Shown piece after piece: positions 39,605 through 52,198 of a stretch of DNA of 64,000 nucleotides. Source of the DNA: Macrostomum lignano (lineage: Eukaryota); the NCBI GenBank assembly GCA_002269645.1, contig NIVC01002439.1:62001-126000 (forward strand). The letters are read 5' to 3'. The position numbers were made by a program, and so were the translations under genes. The notes beneath the pieces are model-generated. The model searched no databases and was not told the origin of the DNA. It worked only from the letters and a program-made list of their open reading frames with translations. The first letter of the stretch is position 1. Every line of letters starts with the position of its first letter.

Positions 39605-40348
39605 TTCAGAGCTCAGTGGGCTGTCTCCCCTATCTTTCAGAGCTCAGTGGGCTGTCTCCTTCCGTCTTTCAGAGCTCAGTGGGCTGTCTCCCTTCCCTGT
39701 CCTTCAGAGCTCAGAGGGCTGTCTCAATTCCCTGTCATTCAGAGCTCACTGGGCTGTCTCCCCTATCGTTCAGAGCTCAGTGGGCTGTCTCCTTCCGTCT
39801 TTCAGAGCTCAGTGGGCTGTCTCCCCTATCTTTCAGAGCTCAGTGGGCTGTCTCCTTCCGTCTTTCAGAGCTCAGTGGGCTGTCTCCCTTCCTTGTCCTT
39901 CAGAGCTCAGAGGGCTGTCTCAATTACCTGCCATTCAGAGCTCAGTGGGCTGTCTCCCTTCCCTGCCATTCAGAGCTCAGTGGGCTGTCTCCCTTCCCTG
40001 CTATTCAGAGCTCAGTGGGCTGTCTCCCTTCCCTGTCATTCAGAGCTCAGTGGGCTGTCTCCCTTCCCTGTCATTCAGAGCTCAGTGGGCTGTCTCCCTT
40101 CCCTGTCATTCAGAGCTCAGTGGGCTGTCTCCCTTCCCTGTCATTCAGAGCTCAGTGGGCTGTCTCCCTTCCCTGTCATTCAGAGCTCAGTGGGCTGTCT
40201 CCCTTCCCTGTCATTCAGAGCTCAGTGGGCTGCTTCCCTTCCCTGCCATTCAGAGCTCAGTGGGCTGTCTCCCTTCCCTGTCATTCAGAGCTCAGTGGGC
40301 TGCCTCCCTTCCCTGTCATTCAGAGCTCAGTGGGCTGTCTCCCTTCCC
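39605..40348. repeat. 35-bp minisatellite
   Basis: Unit TTCAGAGCTCAGTGGGCTGTCTCCCTTCCCTGTCA. Confidence 0.93.
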
Positions 40349-40386
40349 TAGACAGGCAGCAGGCATTTAGACAGGCAACTACTTAC

Positions 40387-40522
40387 CTGGCATATTTAAG
40401 AAAGTCAATGCGTTTAGTAAAGCACAGCGGCAGGATGAGCACCAGCGAGCTGACTGACATGACTAGACGCTTGCTGGCGTAGGGTTGCGACCGCGTAGTC
40501 GGGGACAGGAATTGACTGGATA
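40387..40522 (-). CDS. SLC38A7: SLC38A7-like exon 3
   Basis: ISSQFLSPTTRSQPYASKRLVMSVSSLVLILPLCFTKRIDFLKYAS (ILPL....I.F.KYAS motif); phase 1/2, donor |GTAAGT. Confidence 0.88.
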
Positions 40523-40772
40523 CTGGCGACAGAGAGAGGGGTTGGTTTCCTTCTTTGTTGATTATCGAGTATTTTTCAATCTTAGAACTAACGTGAATTT
40601 CCATATAATTCAACATATACTCACTTAGTCTACTATTAGTAGAGAAACTAGCGCTTTTCTAACGGTGAGAAAGAGTGACAATGGTCGATAAATAGATGTA
40701 CATTTAGATACGCTGGGTAGGTAGCTAAGGTAGGTGGGTAGGTAGGTAGCTAAGGTAGGTGGGTAGGTAAGT

Positions 40773-41427
40773 GGGTCTATGAAATTTGCTTGCGAGAAGT
40801 TTGCTTGCCGAAGTCTGCTTGCAGGAACTTTGCTTGCAGAAATTTTGCTTGCCGAGGTTTGCCAGCCACAGTTTTCTTGCGGAAACCTTAAAGAACCTAT
40901 TATTGAGCTCTTGTATTTCTAATTTTTATTTTCTAAGATTCGTGGAAGTCACCTATAGTGTTATGATTTTGCATGAGGATATGGCAGATTTGAAAAGCCC
41001 TAATGCAGAACTGGAATGATTCGTTTTTTTACTGGGAATTTATTTTCAACAAAAATTGGACACAATTTCGAACAATGCACATATCGAATGATTTAGGCAG
41101 CGAAATGTAAAGAATAGATTTTTGGAAATGAACGTACATTGTACATCATTTTCTATATACTAAATTCTTAGAATGAAAATCTATAAGCCTAGTTTGAAAG
41201 CTTAGTGTCAAGTCAGTTTACGTCGACGCTGATAAGAATCCAGTTGCAAAGCATCTGTAGTAAGTAATAATTAGCTTCACAAGCAATCAAAACAAGCAAG
41301 CAGACAAGAAAATAATTTGGCAAGTTAAAATCTTGCAATTGTGATTGCGAATTTCTAGGAAGCAGACATCAAAATTCCGCAAGCAAAGTTCGGCAAGAAA
41401 AGTTCCGGCAAGCAAACGTCGTACTCC
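40773..41427. mobile_element. Putative MITE/non-autonomous DNA element inserted in an (AGGTAGGTGGGTAGGTAGCTA)n repeat
   Basis: TTTGCTTGC-type motif arrays at the left end are mirrored as GCAAGCAAA-type motifs at the right end; the same microsatellite lies on both flanks (40713-40772, 41432-41597). Confidence 0.5.
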
Positions 41428-41630
41428 AAGATAGGTAGCTAAGGTAGGTGGGTAGGTAGGTAGCTAAGGTAGGTGGGTAGGTAGGTAGCTAAGGTAGGTG
41501 GGTAGGTAGGTAGCTAAGGTAGGTGGGTAGGTAGGTAGCTAAGGTAAGTGGGTAGGTAGGTAGCTAAGGTAGGTGGGTAGGTAGGTAGCTAAGGTAGTTA
41601 TACGCATCGCATTTCGCGCCACGCACTCAC

Positions 41631-41963
41631 TCTGCTCCCACTGGTCGCCAATAATAATAACAAAGGTGATGCAGGTGCCAAAGCAGTAGACGGCAATGCA
41701 GGCAGCGCTAGCCAGTCGGCCAGCCCGTCCGAGCAGGCTGGCCACCGCCTCCTGGTAGGTGGCCGCATGACTGCGGTCGGACACAAAGGCCAGCAGCACC
41801 AGGGAGCCGACAATGAAACTGAGCAGCACGAACTGCACAGTCAGGGTGCTGCCGACCCCGCCAGCCAGGTGACAGGCCTGGGGAAAGTTCAGCAGGCCGG
41901 CGCCGAGGGCGGCATTGATGACGATGAAGCCCGAGAGCAGCCAGCCGCTGCCGGACTCGCTGG
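41631..41963 (-). CDS. SLC38A7: SLC38A7-like exon 2
   Basis: GWLLSGFIVINAALGAGLLNFPQACHLAGGV...TYQEAV..LLGR...CIAVYCFGTCITFVIIIGDQWEQ matches SNAT7 (NA.LGAGLLNFP; FGTCI.F.IIIGDQ); phase 1/1. Confidence 0.92.
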
Positions 41964-42071
41964 CTGCGGAATTTCATCGGGGATTCTACAGGTTCGTCGA
42001 TTTTCTCACCTAAACCAAAAGCATTATTGAAGTACCTCTCCAACCCAATGGTTTAGGTTCTCAGTACGCCT

Positions 42072-42400
42072 CTGAGTAACCCCTCTAGTTCCTGAGTAAC
42101 CCCTCTAGTTCCTGAGTAACTCCTCTAGTTCCTGAGTAACTCCTCTAGTTCCTGAGTAACCCCTCTAGTTCCTGAGTAACACCTCTTGTTCCTGAGTAAC
42201 CCCTCTAGTTCCTGAGTAACCCCTCTAGTTCTTGAGTAACCCATCTAGTTCCTGAGTAACCCCTCTAGTTCTTGAGTAACCCCTCTAGTTCCTGAGTAAC
42301 CCCTCTAGTTCCTTAGTAACTCCTCTAGTTCCTGAGTAACCCCTCTAGTTCCTGAGTAACTTCTCTAGTTCCTGAGTAACTTCTCTAGTTCCTGAGTAAG
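42072..42400. repeat. 20-bp minisatellite (SLC38A7 intron 1)
   Basis: Unit CCTGAGTAACCCCTCTAGTT, about 16 copies. Confidence 0.93.
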
Positions 42401-42430
42401 CCTTTATTATATTAGTACGCCCGAAGTCGA

Positions 42431-42742
42431 GGGGGGGGGGGCGTAGCCCAACGATCCACCGCGGCGCTCTGATGTGCCAGCGGCCCAGGCTCGATTCCAA
42501 GTGCAGTCACATTAATTTGGGGCTAAATTGGAATCTCGGCTTGGCTCAGCTCGTGCAATTACCAGCCTTCAGGGCCAACCCCCAAGGCACAGTGAAGTGT
42601 ACATGCCTAACGATAAATAAAGTTAGGGCCGCTGTACACTCCTGTGTGAGTGTGTGCCTGTGCGTATGACTGCGCACGTTCGTACTCGTGTCCGTGCGCA
42701 TGTCGCTTAAATTGTACCAGAGTGCACACAGTCCCTGCTTCT
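42431..42742 (+). mobile_element. SINE family A copy with an internal deletion near the 3' end
   Basis: GGGGCGTAGCCC..CCCAGGCTCGATTCCAAGTGCAG head and family A body; the GGAATGGGCAGTAATG segment is absent. Confidence 0.85.
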
Positions 42743-42833
42743 TAATTAAATACAAGCTGAATCAGGTTGGCAAGTCGCAATTTAATAAGCAGTATTAATA
42801 GCAGTAACAATAGTAAATTAGAGAGCTGCTCAC

Positions 42834-42936
42834 TTTGAGTAGGAACAGCCGGCTGCCCGGAGTCCAGCATGGAGGGCTGCGAGCTGTTCACTAGCAAGCC
42901 AGTAGTCTCCGTGGGCTCGTCCGCCTCGGTCATCAT
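42834..42936 (-). CDS. SLC38A7: SLC38A7-like exon 1 (start)
   Basis: GCCATGATG start; MMTEADEPTETTGLLVNSSQ contains an ExxxLL lysosomal sorting-type motif; donor A|GTGAGC, phase 1, fits exon 2. Confidence 0.75.
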
Positions 42937-43399
42937 GGCCGGCACTGCATGAACAATCAAGACAGAGGCTTTCCAACGAATTTGCTTAGGAGTCGGCAGA
43001 ATTGCCTCGCCGCGGGTTGTGGGACGATGCGCCGAAGGCGCTGCGCCAGCGTGGCCGCAGCTCCCCCCCTGAGATTAGTACTATTCTTAAGAGCTATTCA
43101 GAGGAGTCAGTTGAGTCATTTACGAGTAAAAGGGTTAAAAATAGGATAGTAACAGGGAAAAGTTTCTGAATTCAGATCATCGGTGTTGTGGTTATCCTAC
43201 GTTCTAATGTGTCCCCAGATACTATAATAGTACAATATGTACTACCGCTGTAGATCATAACCTTACTACTTGTTGAGCATTCTCATGTTAGCTACTATTA
43301 GAAAATATTCAAGTAGTATATATAGCTCGTATTATTAGCGATCGAAATGTGATCCTCGAAATCTTTCAAACCTCCTACCAGCTTCTGAACCTTCTTAGC

Positions 43400-43461
43400 A
43401 ACAGGCGCCATTTTGCTTCACTGCTGCGTACATAGCATACGGCTAGTAGCAGTCTAACAAG
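43400..43461 (+). other. Probable non-coding first exon of the ZNRF gene (divergent from SLC38A7)
   Basis: GCGCCATTTTG (YY1-like) followed by donor AACAAG|GTGAGA; candidate acceptor TCACTTTTCAG| at 56192, 117 nt before the ZNRF ATG. Inferred. Confidence 0.4.
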
Positions 43462-46400
43462 GTGAGAAAGTGAACAGGACTTTGTCACACCAAAGGCCAA
43501 GATAAACAGTTATAACTGCAAGGGTACACTTTGCTATGAAATGCTGAAATACACAGTGATAGTCAACACTTGTACTTTAGTATAGAGGGACATTTCAAAG
43601 CTGGTGCAAGCAGCCAAGATAAAATGCGGGTTGGAAACCAACATCGAATTGGTGCCAATGCAACTCAAACACAAAAATGAACTACGAGCATATGTTATTA
43701 AAAGAGCACAGTAAAAGCCTAGCAAGAGGGCTGATCTGCTTTATACTCCTATTTATTAATTACCAAATAAAAAAGGTAGGAAAAGTAGACCTTTGAGACT
43801 TTAAGATTTAGAGGCAAGCTGATGCAATTGAAGTTCAACTGACAAATTGGGACCAAGAATAGGGAGGTAAGGCCAAGGGAATAAAAACTGGGAATATGTA
43901 AATCTGTTATTAGTTAGTAGCTATTGCCAAAGCATAGGGCACAATATAAGTCATTGCCTAATTGCTTATTGCACCTAAGGAATTCATACCTAGTAAAACC
44001 CAATGCATACTTATTACAAATTTAATATCTTTTGATCTCACATAACTGGATCATAAGGAATAACAGGGAACCTAGCTTCTAGTAGCAATGAACCTGCAAA
44101 CCAGTATATAACAATCCACTAAGAGTTTAAATAGAATAACTAGTAATCTAGACAAAACATCCAACTGAAATGTTTAAAGACAGGTTGATAATTTTAATGT
44201 GCAAAGCCTAAAAAATGAGTATTTTTATTAATAATTTTATACAATTGGTTTTTAATTAGTTGGTTAAATAATGTTGCAAAATTAAATTATATAGAAGTAA
44301 ATAGTCAAGAATAATCTTTATTTAACCTTTATAACTAACTTGATCTTCTTTGGTCTCATACTTAACTTTTTTGATTTTACCATATGGGATATCAAATTTT
44401 CTATGAATGATTGCTCTTTTTACTTTGATGTTTTGCGAACCTAGTTATATTACCCTCAAGTTGCATATGATATTTTTATCCAAGAGTGAAAGACTGGCTT
44501 TTTGGTATAGGCCTAGTTATGATAGATCTTTTAAAGACAATGATTAATTCATTAAATATTTGCTGCCAATGAATATTATAACTTTAGAAAATTAGGACTA
44601 ATTGTACCCATAAAAGGTGCTTTATCCTTATATGATAAAAATAAGTCTTGGCTAAAATTTTGATAGAAAATAGTAAAACAGACTGATGGGAATATTTTAT
44701 GCAAAAATACCATCAAATGCTTTATAGTACCATTGACTTCTTACACTATTATCTAGTCAATTTCGACAATCAGTTTGAAAAGAACAGGACAAAAAACAAA
44801 AAAGACTTTTTAATATATCCAAATATTGAAAGATCAAAATATTTAAACATTGAAAAATTTAAGGTAAACTCTTAAATTAGTTCCAAGAAACAAGACTGGC
44901 TAACTAAGGATATATAGATAGGATCTAACATAAATTCTCCTATCTAATAAACCTATGCCATCATGGTATTGCCATGGTCTTAAATTACAACTCTTAGATA
45001 CAGTAAAAAGAATTACATGGTTTTTATCTGTCCCTGTAGTGTAGCCGAATTGAATATATACTAAATTTCAAATGATATTACATATTTGTTGCAGTTTGCA
45101 GCCCCAATTAAACCAAGGAAGTAACACGTAAGATGAGGTACGTAACACCAACTGACCTACAAACTACAAAGTTGTGCCATTGTGCTTGTGGGTGGTTGAG
45201 TAAACTGAGCGAGCGAATAAAGAGCAACAACACATGTGGCATAAAACCACTGCCATTTAAACTATTTAGCTTTTCCTACTGGCTCGAATTTCACATATAA
45301 GATTGTGATTGTGATAAATAAATGCTCAGCTTCTCTATTGAGCGATGGCTTATGAGGACCAAGATTCGAAAATTAAGAGAATTATGATGAATAGAATATC
45401 GCCATGTGACAATGTTTACACTAGAAATAAAGTATAAGCAAAAAATTCTCTTTTAATGCCCACGCTAAGTAGTAAGACTTTTTCTATAAATATTTTTTTC
45501 ATTATTGACATAACTTTGAATATTATAACTGTTCTTTTTTCATATTTGTTTATAATAGGTACGCTTTCATTACAAATTAAAAAATACTTTCTTAGAAGCT
45601 CGAGAGATACTACCGCTACACAAGTTCCCAACAACAACATACAATAGCAACCAACCACAGCTGAAATTAATCTGAGGAACTCAGCTGCAGGATTACTACC
45701 TATTGGCTAATAATAATCCCAACCACATTTATTCTAGGATGAGGAGTTTAGAATCCTCTGTATTTTAGTAGTGAGTAGGGCCTAAGGTATTGCATTTTTT
45801 TTTCAATAGCCTGTTGCCAGTGTTGCCAGTGTTGTAGACTTGTAGTTGTACAATTGTGTGACATTTTAACTCACTGCAGTCTGCAAACTTATCCAAACCA
45901 GGTGATATAATTTGTAATAGTATATATATATATGTCTAGTTACTTTAACTTTATTAATTGCATTTATGATATATGAATTTTATTAGACCCAGGCCTAAAT
46001 TATAAATACTAGGGCCTAAATAACAAAACCTTTAATTTATATGTAGGTCTAATTTAGGCTAATATAAGATATATATAGGGTCTAGTATTAAAATAATACT
46101 AGAATAATAATAGTCCTATTTTGGCGAGGGAATTTTTGGCAAAAGATGCTTCGGCAAAAAAGTGACCAGTTGCAGTTGGTAGTTTAGCAAAAAATGGGCT
46201 GCATATATAATATAACACTTAAGTGATTGAAGCTTTTAATAAATTGTTCATTGCTGCCAATGCCAATTATTAGCAGTTAGAAAATTAAAAAACTTATGAC
46301 TTAGCTTATAGCCTCATAGTCATAGCTCTATATTATTGTAGCAAGAACGGAGGCAGGACACTAAATTTGACTTTGAGCCTTTACCGCCCAATCACAAGTT

Positions 46401-47431
46401 TGCACAGCTACCTACTTACTAGGCACACTCTAAAGCATAGCCAGTAACAGTTCGAGCTATGATTCAGCATTTATTAGACTCACCATCAAGCTAAGGCTAT
46501 GAAATTCAGCTGATATACAGTTACGAATATAAAGTATTGAACGAAATGAAAATATACAAGTATTATTACACTGCGATGCAATTACTTTGCTTTACTTAAC
46601 ACACGCCTCAAGTTGGCACCAATTTAAATTACGAAATTAAGGTGTACTATATTATGTGCATGCAATCTATTTATTGATATGCAGTTGATAGATTAGAGAT
46701 GATGACAGTATTGGTTTTTCAGATTTCTATCTAATATACTAAAAATGGTCTGTTTGTGTGTGCGTGTGTGTGTGTGATCGATTTTAGCAGAAACGGCTCA
46801 ACCGATTTTCTTCGAACCTGCACTGTTCGATCAGAAATTATTCCGTGACGGTACATGCATCGTGGCTAAGAAATTGCTTGATGCTAAAGGGATTAAATAT
46901 TCAAAAAACATGCTCTTTTGCAAAGGTCAAGCAGCTCTTTCGACTTGAAATGCATTGTAAGAATGCTAGCAGAAAAACTGACTGGTTGAATTCAAAATTC
47001 TAAAATGGATTGCATCACAATACACTTTATTTATCGTCTGTGTACTGGCTGAATTTGACACTCAATTGAATTGCGTCACAGCTTTGAGTGTGAAAGCATA
47101 GCGCAGTACCCAATATATATTACGTAACCATTTGTTAACTTTCATAGACACTGGTACTGACTTGCCTAAGAAATTGATTATGTCATAACTGCTTCGTGTG
47201 ACTTTTTACTCTACCTGACTTGGTGTGAGTGTTGAATTATATAAGTAGTACAAATTCACTGATAACTTCGATGAGAGCTAGCCTAGAGCTGAAGAGCTAG
47301 ACTGCTAATGCAGCGACCTGGTTTCGAATCTAAGTAGTTTAAAAGTAGTGTAATTTTTTTTATTAAAAGCTTTTATTAAATATTTAGTCCTTTAATAAAA
47401 CATTTAGTCCTTTAATAAAACAAAACTTAGA

Positions 47432-49470
47432 TTACTGCACTCGATAAGCCAAGGATTATTGCTATTAATAAACCAAGGATTACTGCACTCGATAAACCAA
47501 GGATTATTGCTATTATTAAACCAAGGATTACTGCATTTGATTAATCAAGGATTATTGCTATTAATAAACCAAGGATTACTGCACTCGATAAACCAAGGAT
47601 TATTGCTATTAATAAACCAAGGATTACTGCACTCAAGAAGCCAAGGATTATTGCTATTAATAAACCAAGGATTACTGCACTCGATAAGCCAAGGATTATT
47701 GCTATTAATAAACCAAGGATTACTGCAATTGGAAAACAAAGGATTACTGCACTCAAGAAGCCAAGGATTATTGCTATTAATAAACCAAGGATTACTGCAC
47801 TCGATAAGCCAAGGATTATTGCTATTAATAAACCAAGGATTAATGCACTCGATAAACCAAGGACAATTGCTATTATTAAACCAAGGATTACTGCACTTGA
47901 TTAATCAAGGATTATTGCTATTAATAAACTAAGGATTACTGCACTCGATAAGCCAAGGATTATTGCTATTAATAAACCAAGGATTACTGCACTCGATAAA
48001 CCAAGGACTATTGCTATTATTAAACCAAGGATTATTGCACTTGATTAATCAAGGATTATTGCTATTAATAAACCAAGGATTATTGCACTCGATAAACCAA
48101 GGATTATTGCTATTATTAAACCAAGGATTACTGCACTTGATTAATCAAGGATTATTGCTATTAATAAACCAAGGATTAATGTACTCGATAAACCAAGGAC
48201 AATTGCTCTTGGCAAACCAAGGATTACTGCACTCAAGAAGCCAAGGATTATTGCTATTAATAAACCAAGGATTACTGCACTCGATAAACCAAGGACTATT
48301 GCTATTATTAAACCAAGGATTACTGCACTTGATTAATCAAGGATTATTGCTATTAATAAACCAAGAATTACTGCAATTGGAAAACAAAGGATTACTGCAC
48401 TCGAGAAGCCAAGGATTATTGCTATTAATAAACCAAGGATTACTGCACTCGATAAGCCAAGGATTATTGCTATTAATAAACCAAGGATTACTGCACTCGA
48501 TAAGCCAAGGATTATTGCTCTTTATAAACCAAGGATTACTGCAATTGGAAAACAAAGGATTACTGCACTCGAGAAGCCAAGGATTATTGCTATTAATAAA
48601 CCAAGGATTACTGCACTCGATAAGCCAAGGATTATTGCTATTAATAAACCAAGGATTAATGCACTCGATAAACCAAGGACAATTGCTCTTGGCAAACCAA
48701 GGATTACTGCACTCAAGAAGCCAAGGATTAATGATATTAATAAACCAAGGATTACTGCAATTGGAAAACAAAGGATTACTGCACTCGAGAAGCCAAGGAT
48801 TATTGCTATTAATAAACCAAGGATTACTGCACTCGATAAGCCAAGGATTACTGCACTTGGAAAACCAAGGATTACTGCACTCAAGAAGCCAAGGATTAAT
48901 GCTATTAATAAACCAAGGATTACTGCAATTGGAAAACAAAGGATTACTGCACTCGAGAAGCCAAGGATTACTGCAATTGGAAAACAAAGGATTACTGCAC
49001 TCGATAAGCCAAGGATTACTGCACTTGGAAAACCAAGGATTACTGCACTCGATAAGCCAAGTATTATAGCTATTAATAAACCAAGGATTACTGCACTTAG
49101 AAAACCAAAGATTACTGCACTCGATAAGCCAAGGATTATTGCTATTAATAAACCAAGGATTACTGCACTCGATAAGCCAAGGATTACTGCACTTGGAAAA
49201 CCAAGGATTACTGCACTCAATAAGCCAAGTATTATAGCTATTAATAAACCAAGGATTACTGCACTTAGAAAACCAAAGATTACTGCACTTGATAAGCCAA
49301 GGATTATTGCTATTAATAAACCAAGGATTACTGCACTCGAGAAGCCAAGGATTATTACTATTAATAAACCAAGGATTACTGCACTCAATAAGCCAAAGAT
49401 TATTGGTCTTTATAAACCAAGTATTACTTCACTCCATAGCCAAGGATTACTGCGCTTGATAAGCTTGGCT
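47432..49470. repeat. 24-bp-monomer satellite with alternating monomer types (48-bp higher order)
   Basis: CCAAGGATTATTGCTATTAATAAA alternates with CCAAGGATTACTGCACTCGATAAG and variants. Confidence 0.95.
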
Positions 49471-49494
49471 ACATGTATAGGATTATTTCTATCC

Positions 49495-50090
49495 AGGGAT
49501 GCTTGCTATGTGCAGGATGCTTGCTATCTGGAAGGATGCTTCTACATTATTTGGGGGATGCTTGCTATCTGGAAGGATGCTTCTACATTATTTGGGGGAT
49601 GCTTGCTATCTGGGTGGATGCTTCTACATTATTTGGGGGATGCTTGCTATCTGGAAGGATGCTTCTACATTATTTGGGGGATGCTTGCTATCTGGAAGGA
49701 TGCTTCTACATTATTTGGGGGATGCTTGCTATCTGGAAGGATGCTTCTACATTATTTGGGGGATGCTTGCTATCTGGAAGGATGCTTCTACATTATTTGG
49801 GGGATGCTTGCTATCTGGGTGGATGCTTTTATCCGGGGGATGCTTCTATTTGGGGGATGCTTGCTATCTGCAAGATGCTTGCTATCTGCAGATGCTTGCT
49901 ATCTGGGTGGATACTTGCTAGGAGTATTAGGGGATGCTTGCTATCTGGGTGGATACTTGCTAGGAGTATTAGGGGATGCTTGCTATCTGGGTGGATACTT
50001 GCTAGGAGTATTAGGGGATGCTTGCTGTCTGCGGTTGTTTACTTTTGGAGGAGGATGCTTGCTACTGGGGGGATGCTTGCTGTCTTGGGA
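49495..50090. repeat. ~41-bp composite minisatellite
   Basis: Unit GGGGGATGCTTGCTATCTGGAAGGATGCTTCTACATTATTT, degrading to the right. Confidence 0.9.
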
Positions 50091-51606
50091 ATATTTTCTA
50101 TTTAGGGGTAATGACTGTGATCTTTGTGAAAGCTATATTTTCTTGTCTGTTTGTTAATTTTAGAAAAAAGAGATTCATAGCAAATATATATATTTATAGC
50201 ATAGTCCATGACAATTTTAAATGAATAAGGTGATTTTTAAAAGTGATGAAGGACTTAGTTTTTAAGAAAATGTGCTTTTTCATTGATTTCCATAAACTAT
50301 TTTTGCTTCGTTCTTATTGGGTGCCCCGAAGGGGGGCCGCACTAGATTGCTAGTCCAGTTCCTAAAATCATACTTTGAAATTTCACTGTAATGGAACAGC
50401 ATCGAAATTCTAATAAAACAATTAAATTAAACTGCAACTAAACAAAAAGTAAAAACATGTCACAATAAAATTATATTCTAATCTAATCTAATGACTAATC
50501 TAAATTAAATTATAAAATGAAATTAGTATATCATTTTTAGCTATATTCTAAAACAGCAAAAACTCTACAGCAAAGCTTGGAACAAATCTTTTGCCAAAAT
50601 GGTCAGCTTTAGACAAAATAGTCATTGCAAAAGTATTTTTTTTCACCATAATTGACTTTTGCCAAAAATTCTTTTGCAAAAGTGGGTTGTATTATTTTAT
50701 GGAGTACTTATAGACATGGCGGCCATATTTATAATATTTGAGATTATAGGCATGGCAATAATCATCAATATAAAATGCGTGTTCTATAGGGCTTTCTCAC
50801 AAGCAATTGGTAGCTTAGTGGATATGTTGATTTCCTTGTGATTGCATGCAGCAAAAATTCAAATCCCAAGTAGTCAAAGATTTTTTTAAATTTTTTTAGC
50901 AAACAGAAATTTTTCCGCCTTGAATTTTTTTAGGTTTTTAATTAAAAAAAATAAAAAATAAAAATTTATTTTTTAATAAGAATAAACTTAATCTTAAAGT
51001 GTGGCCAATATATATCGAAAAAATATTTCTTTTTCATATATATTTGCAGCCAAACTTCACGATTTTGTGTTACTCTTAAAAAAATTTAATTTAATTTATT
51101 TAAAAAAAATTCAAATTAAAAAACTCCTAAACAACTTTTCAATCAATTGATATTTTTCATCCAATTGATGATTATATACATGGCAGCTGTGCCTATATTA
51201 AGCTCCAATATTAGAGATACAGCCACCCACTGTGCCCCACTGTGACTCTTAAGTGTGAACCCAATCAATATTAATGACATGGCCACCCACCGTATCTCTA
51301 AGTATGAACCTATTCAATATTAACGACATGGCTGCCATGCAAGTTTCATTGACACGGCGACTGTGTCTCTAATAGTGACTAGGTCCACACTTATAGACAA
51401 GTTTTTGCATTATAGACACAGTTGCTGTTAGTATCGGCTTGTGTGTGCGTCAGTATGCTGTCTTTGGCCAAACCCATAGAGTTGTAATGAGTGAAGGCAA
51501 CGCTAAAGAATAAATAAAAAAGAATGAAAGAAGGCAAAGTAAGCTGCGAGAGCATGCAGCTTGATTGTCAAGTGAAAGTGATTCAATAATTGACTCCAAG
51601 CTAACA

Positions 51607-52187
51607 ATAGCGACGAGGCTGCCAACCATCGAACCGCTAGAAGAGAGTGAGGACCCCCACCGATGGCTGCAGCGATTCGAAATCTGCGCAACACTTTTCT
51701 GGCGCTGCTTGGCAAGCAAATTTTTAACCTCCTTGCTGATGCAGTGCTGCCCGATAAGTTGGACACCAGGGACTTTGATACGCTCAGCAAGCTGCTCACC
51801 AAAGAGGTCAAAAGTGAGAAATCTGTGATTGCAGGCCGCTACGAGTTCCATAAAGCAAAGCAGGAGAACAATGAGGACATAGCCACTTATAGCAGGAGGC
51901 TGAAGCAGCTGTCTGAAGCCTGCAAATTTACCGATTCGGCAGACTGGCTCAGAGATCAGTTTATCTTTGGACTCCAGAGTAAAGAGATTCTGCGGAAACT
52001 ACTGTCTAAGAAAATCAAAGACCTGACATGGGACAAGGTAACGGCAGTAGCTGCAGCTTGCGAAGTGGTCCAGCGTGGGGAGAAAGACATGACCCGGCTT
52101 GAATGTACTGCAGATGCGTCAGACAAGTGGTCGACCGCAAAAAGGCAGCGAAGCCGGAAGGAAACGTTCACAAAAACCCACGAGTGA
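51607..52187 (+). pseudogene. gag: Gypsy gag remnant (frameshifted)
   Basis: (I)ATRLPTIEPLEE..RWLQRFE, then in another frame RYEFHKAKQENNEDIATYSRRLKQLSEACKF..LRDQFIFGL. Confidence 0.85.
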
Positions 52188-52198
52188 GGACAAGAACG

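Larger units (their letters stand above)
46730..50353 (+). mobile_element. Probable non-autonomous Helitron enclosing two satellite arrays
   Basis: 5' A|TCTAATATACTAAAAATGGTCTGTTTG(TG)n..GAAACGGCTCAACCGATTTT resembles Lep1/DINE-type starts; 3' has a CCCC-GAA-GGGG hairpin then CTAG|T. That both ends belong to one element is inferred. Confidence 0.55.

Noticed and set aside
45035-45232. Possible solo LTR (TG..AATAAA..CA)
   Set aside because: No matching target-site duplication and no second copy in the window.
45416-45658. 80-aa hydrophobic minus-strand ORF
   Set aside because: AT-rich, near-cognate start and no recognisable motif; hydrophobicity is expected from base composition.
47459-49388. 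Long LLINQGLL / SAVILG ORFs
   Set aside because: Translations of a 24-bp-monomer satellite, open on both strands.
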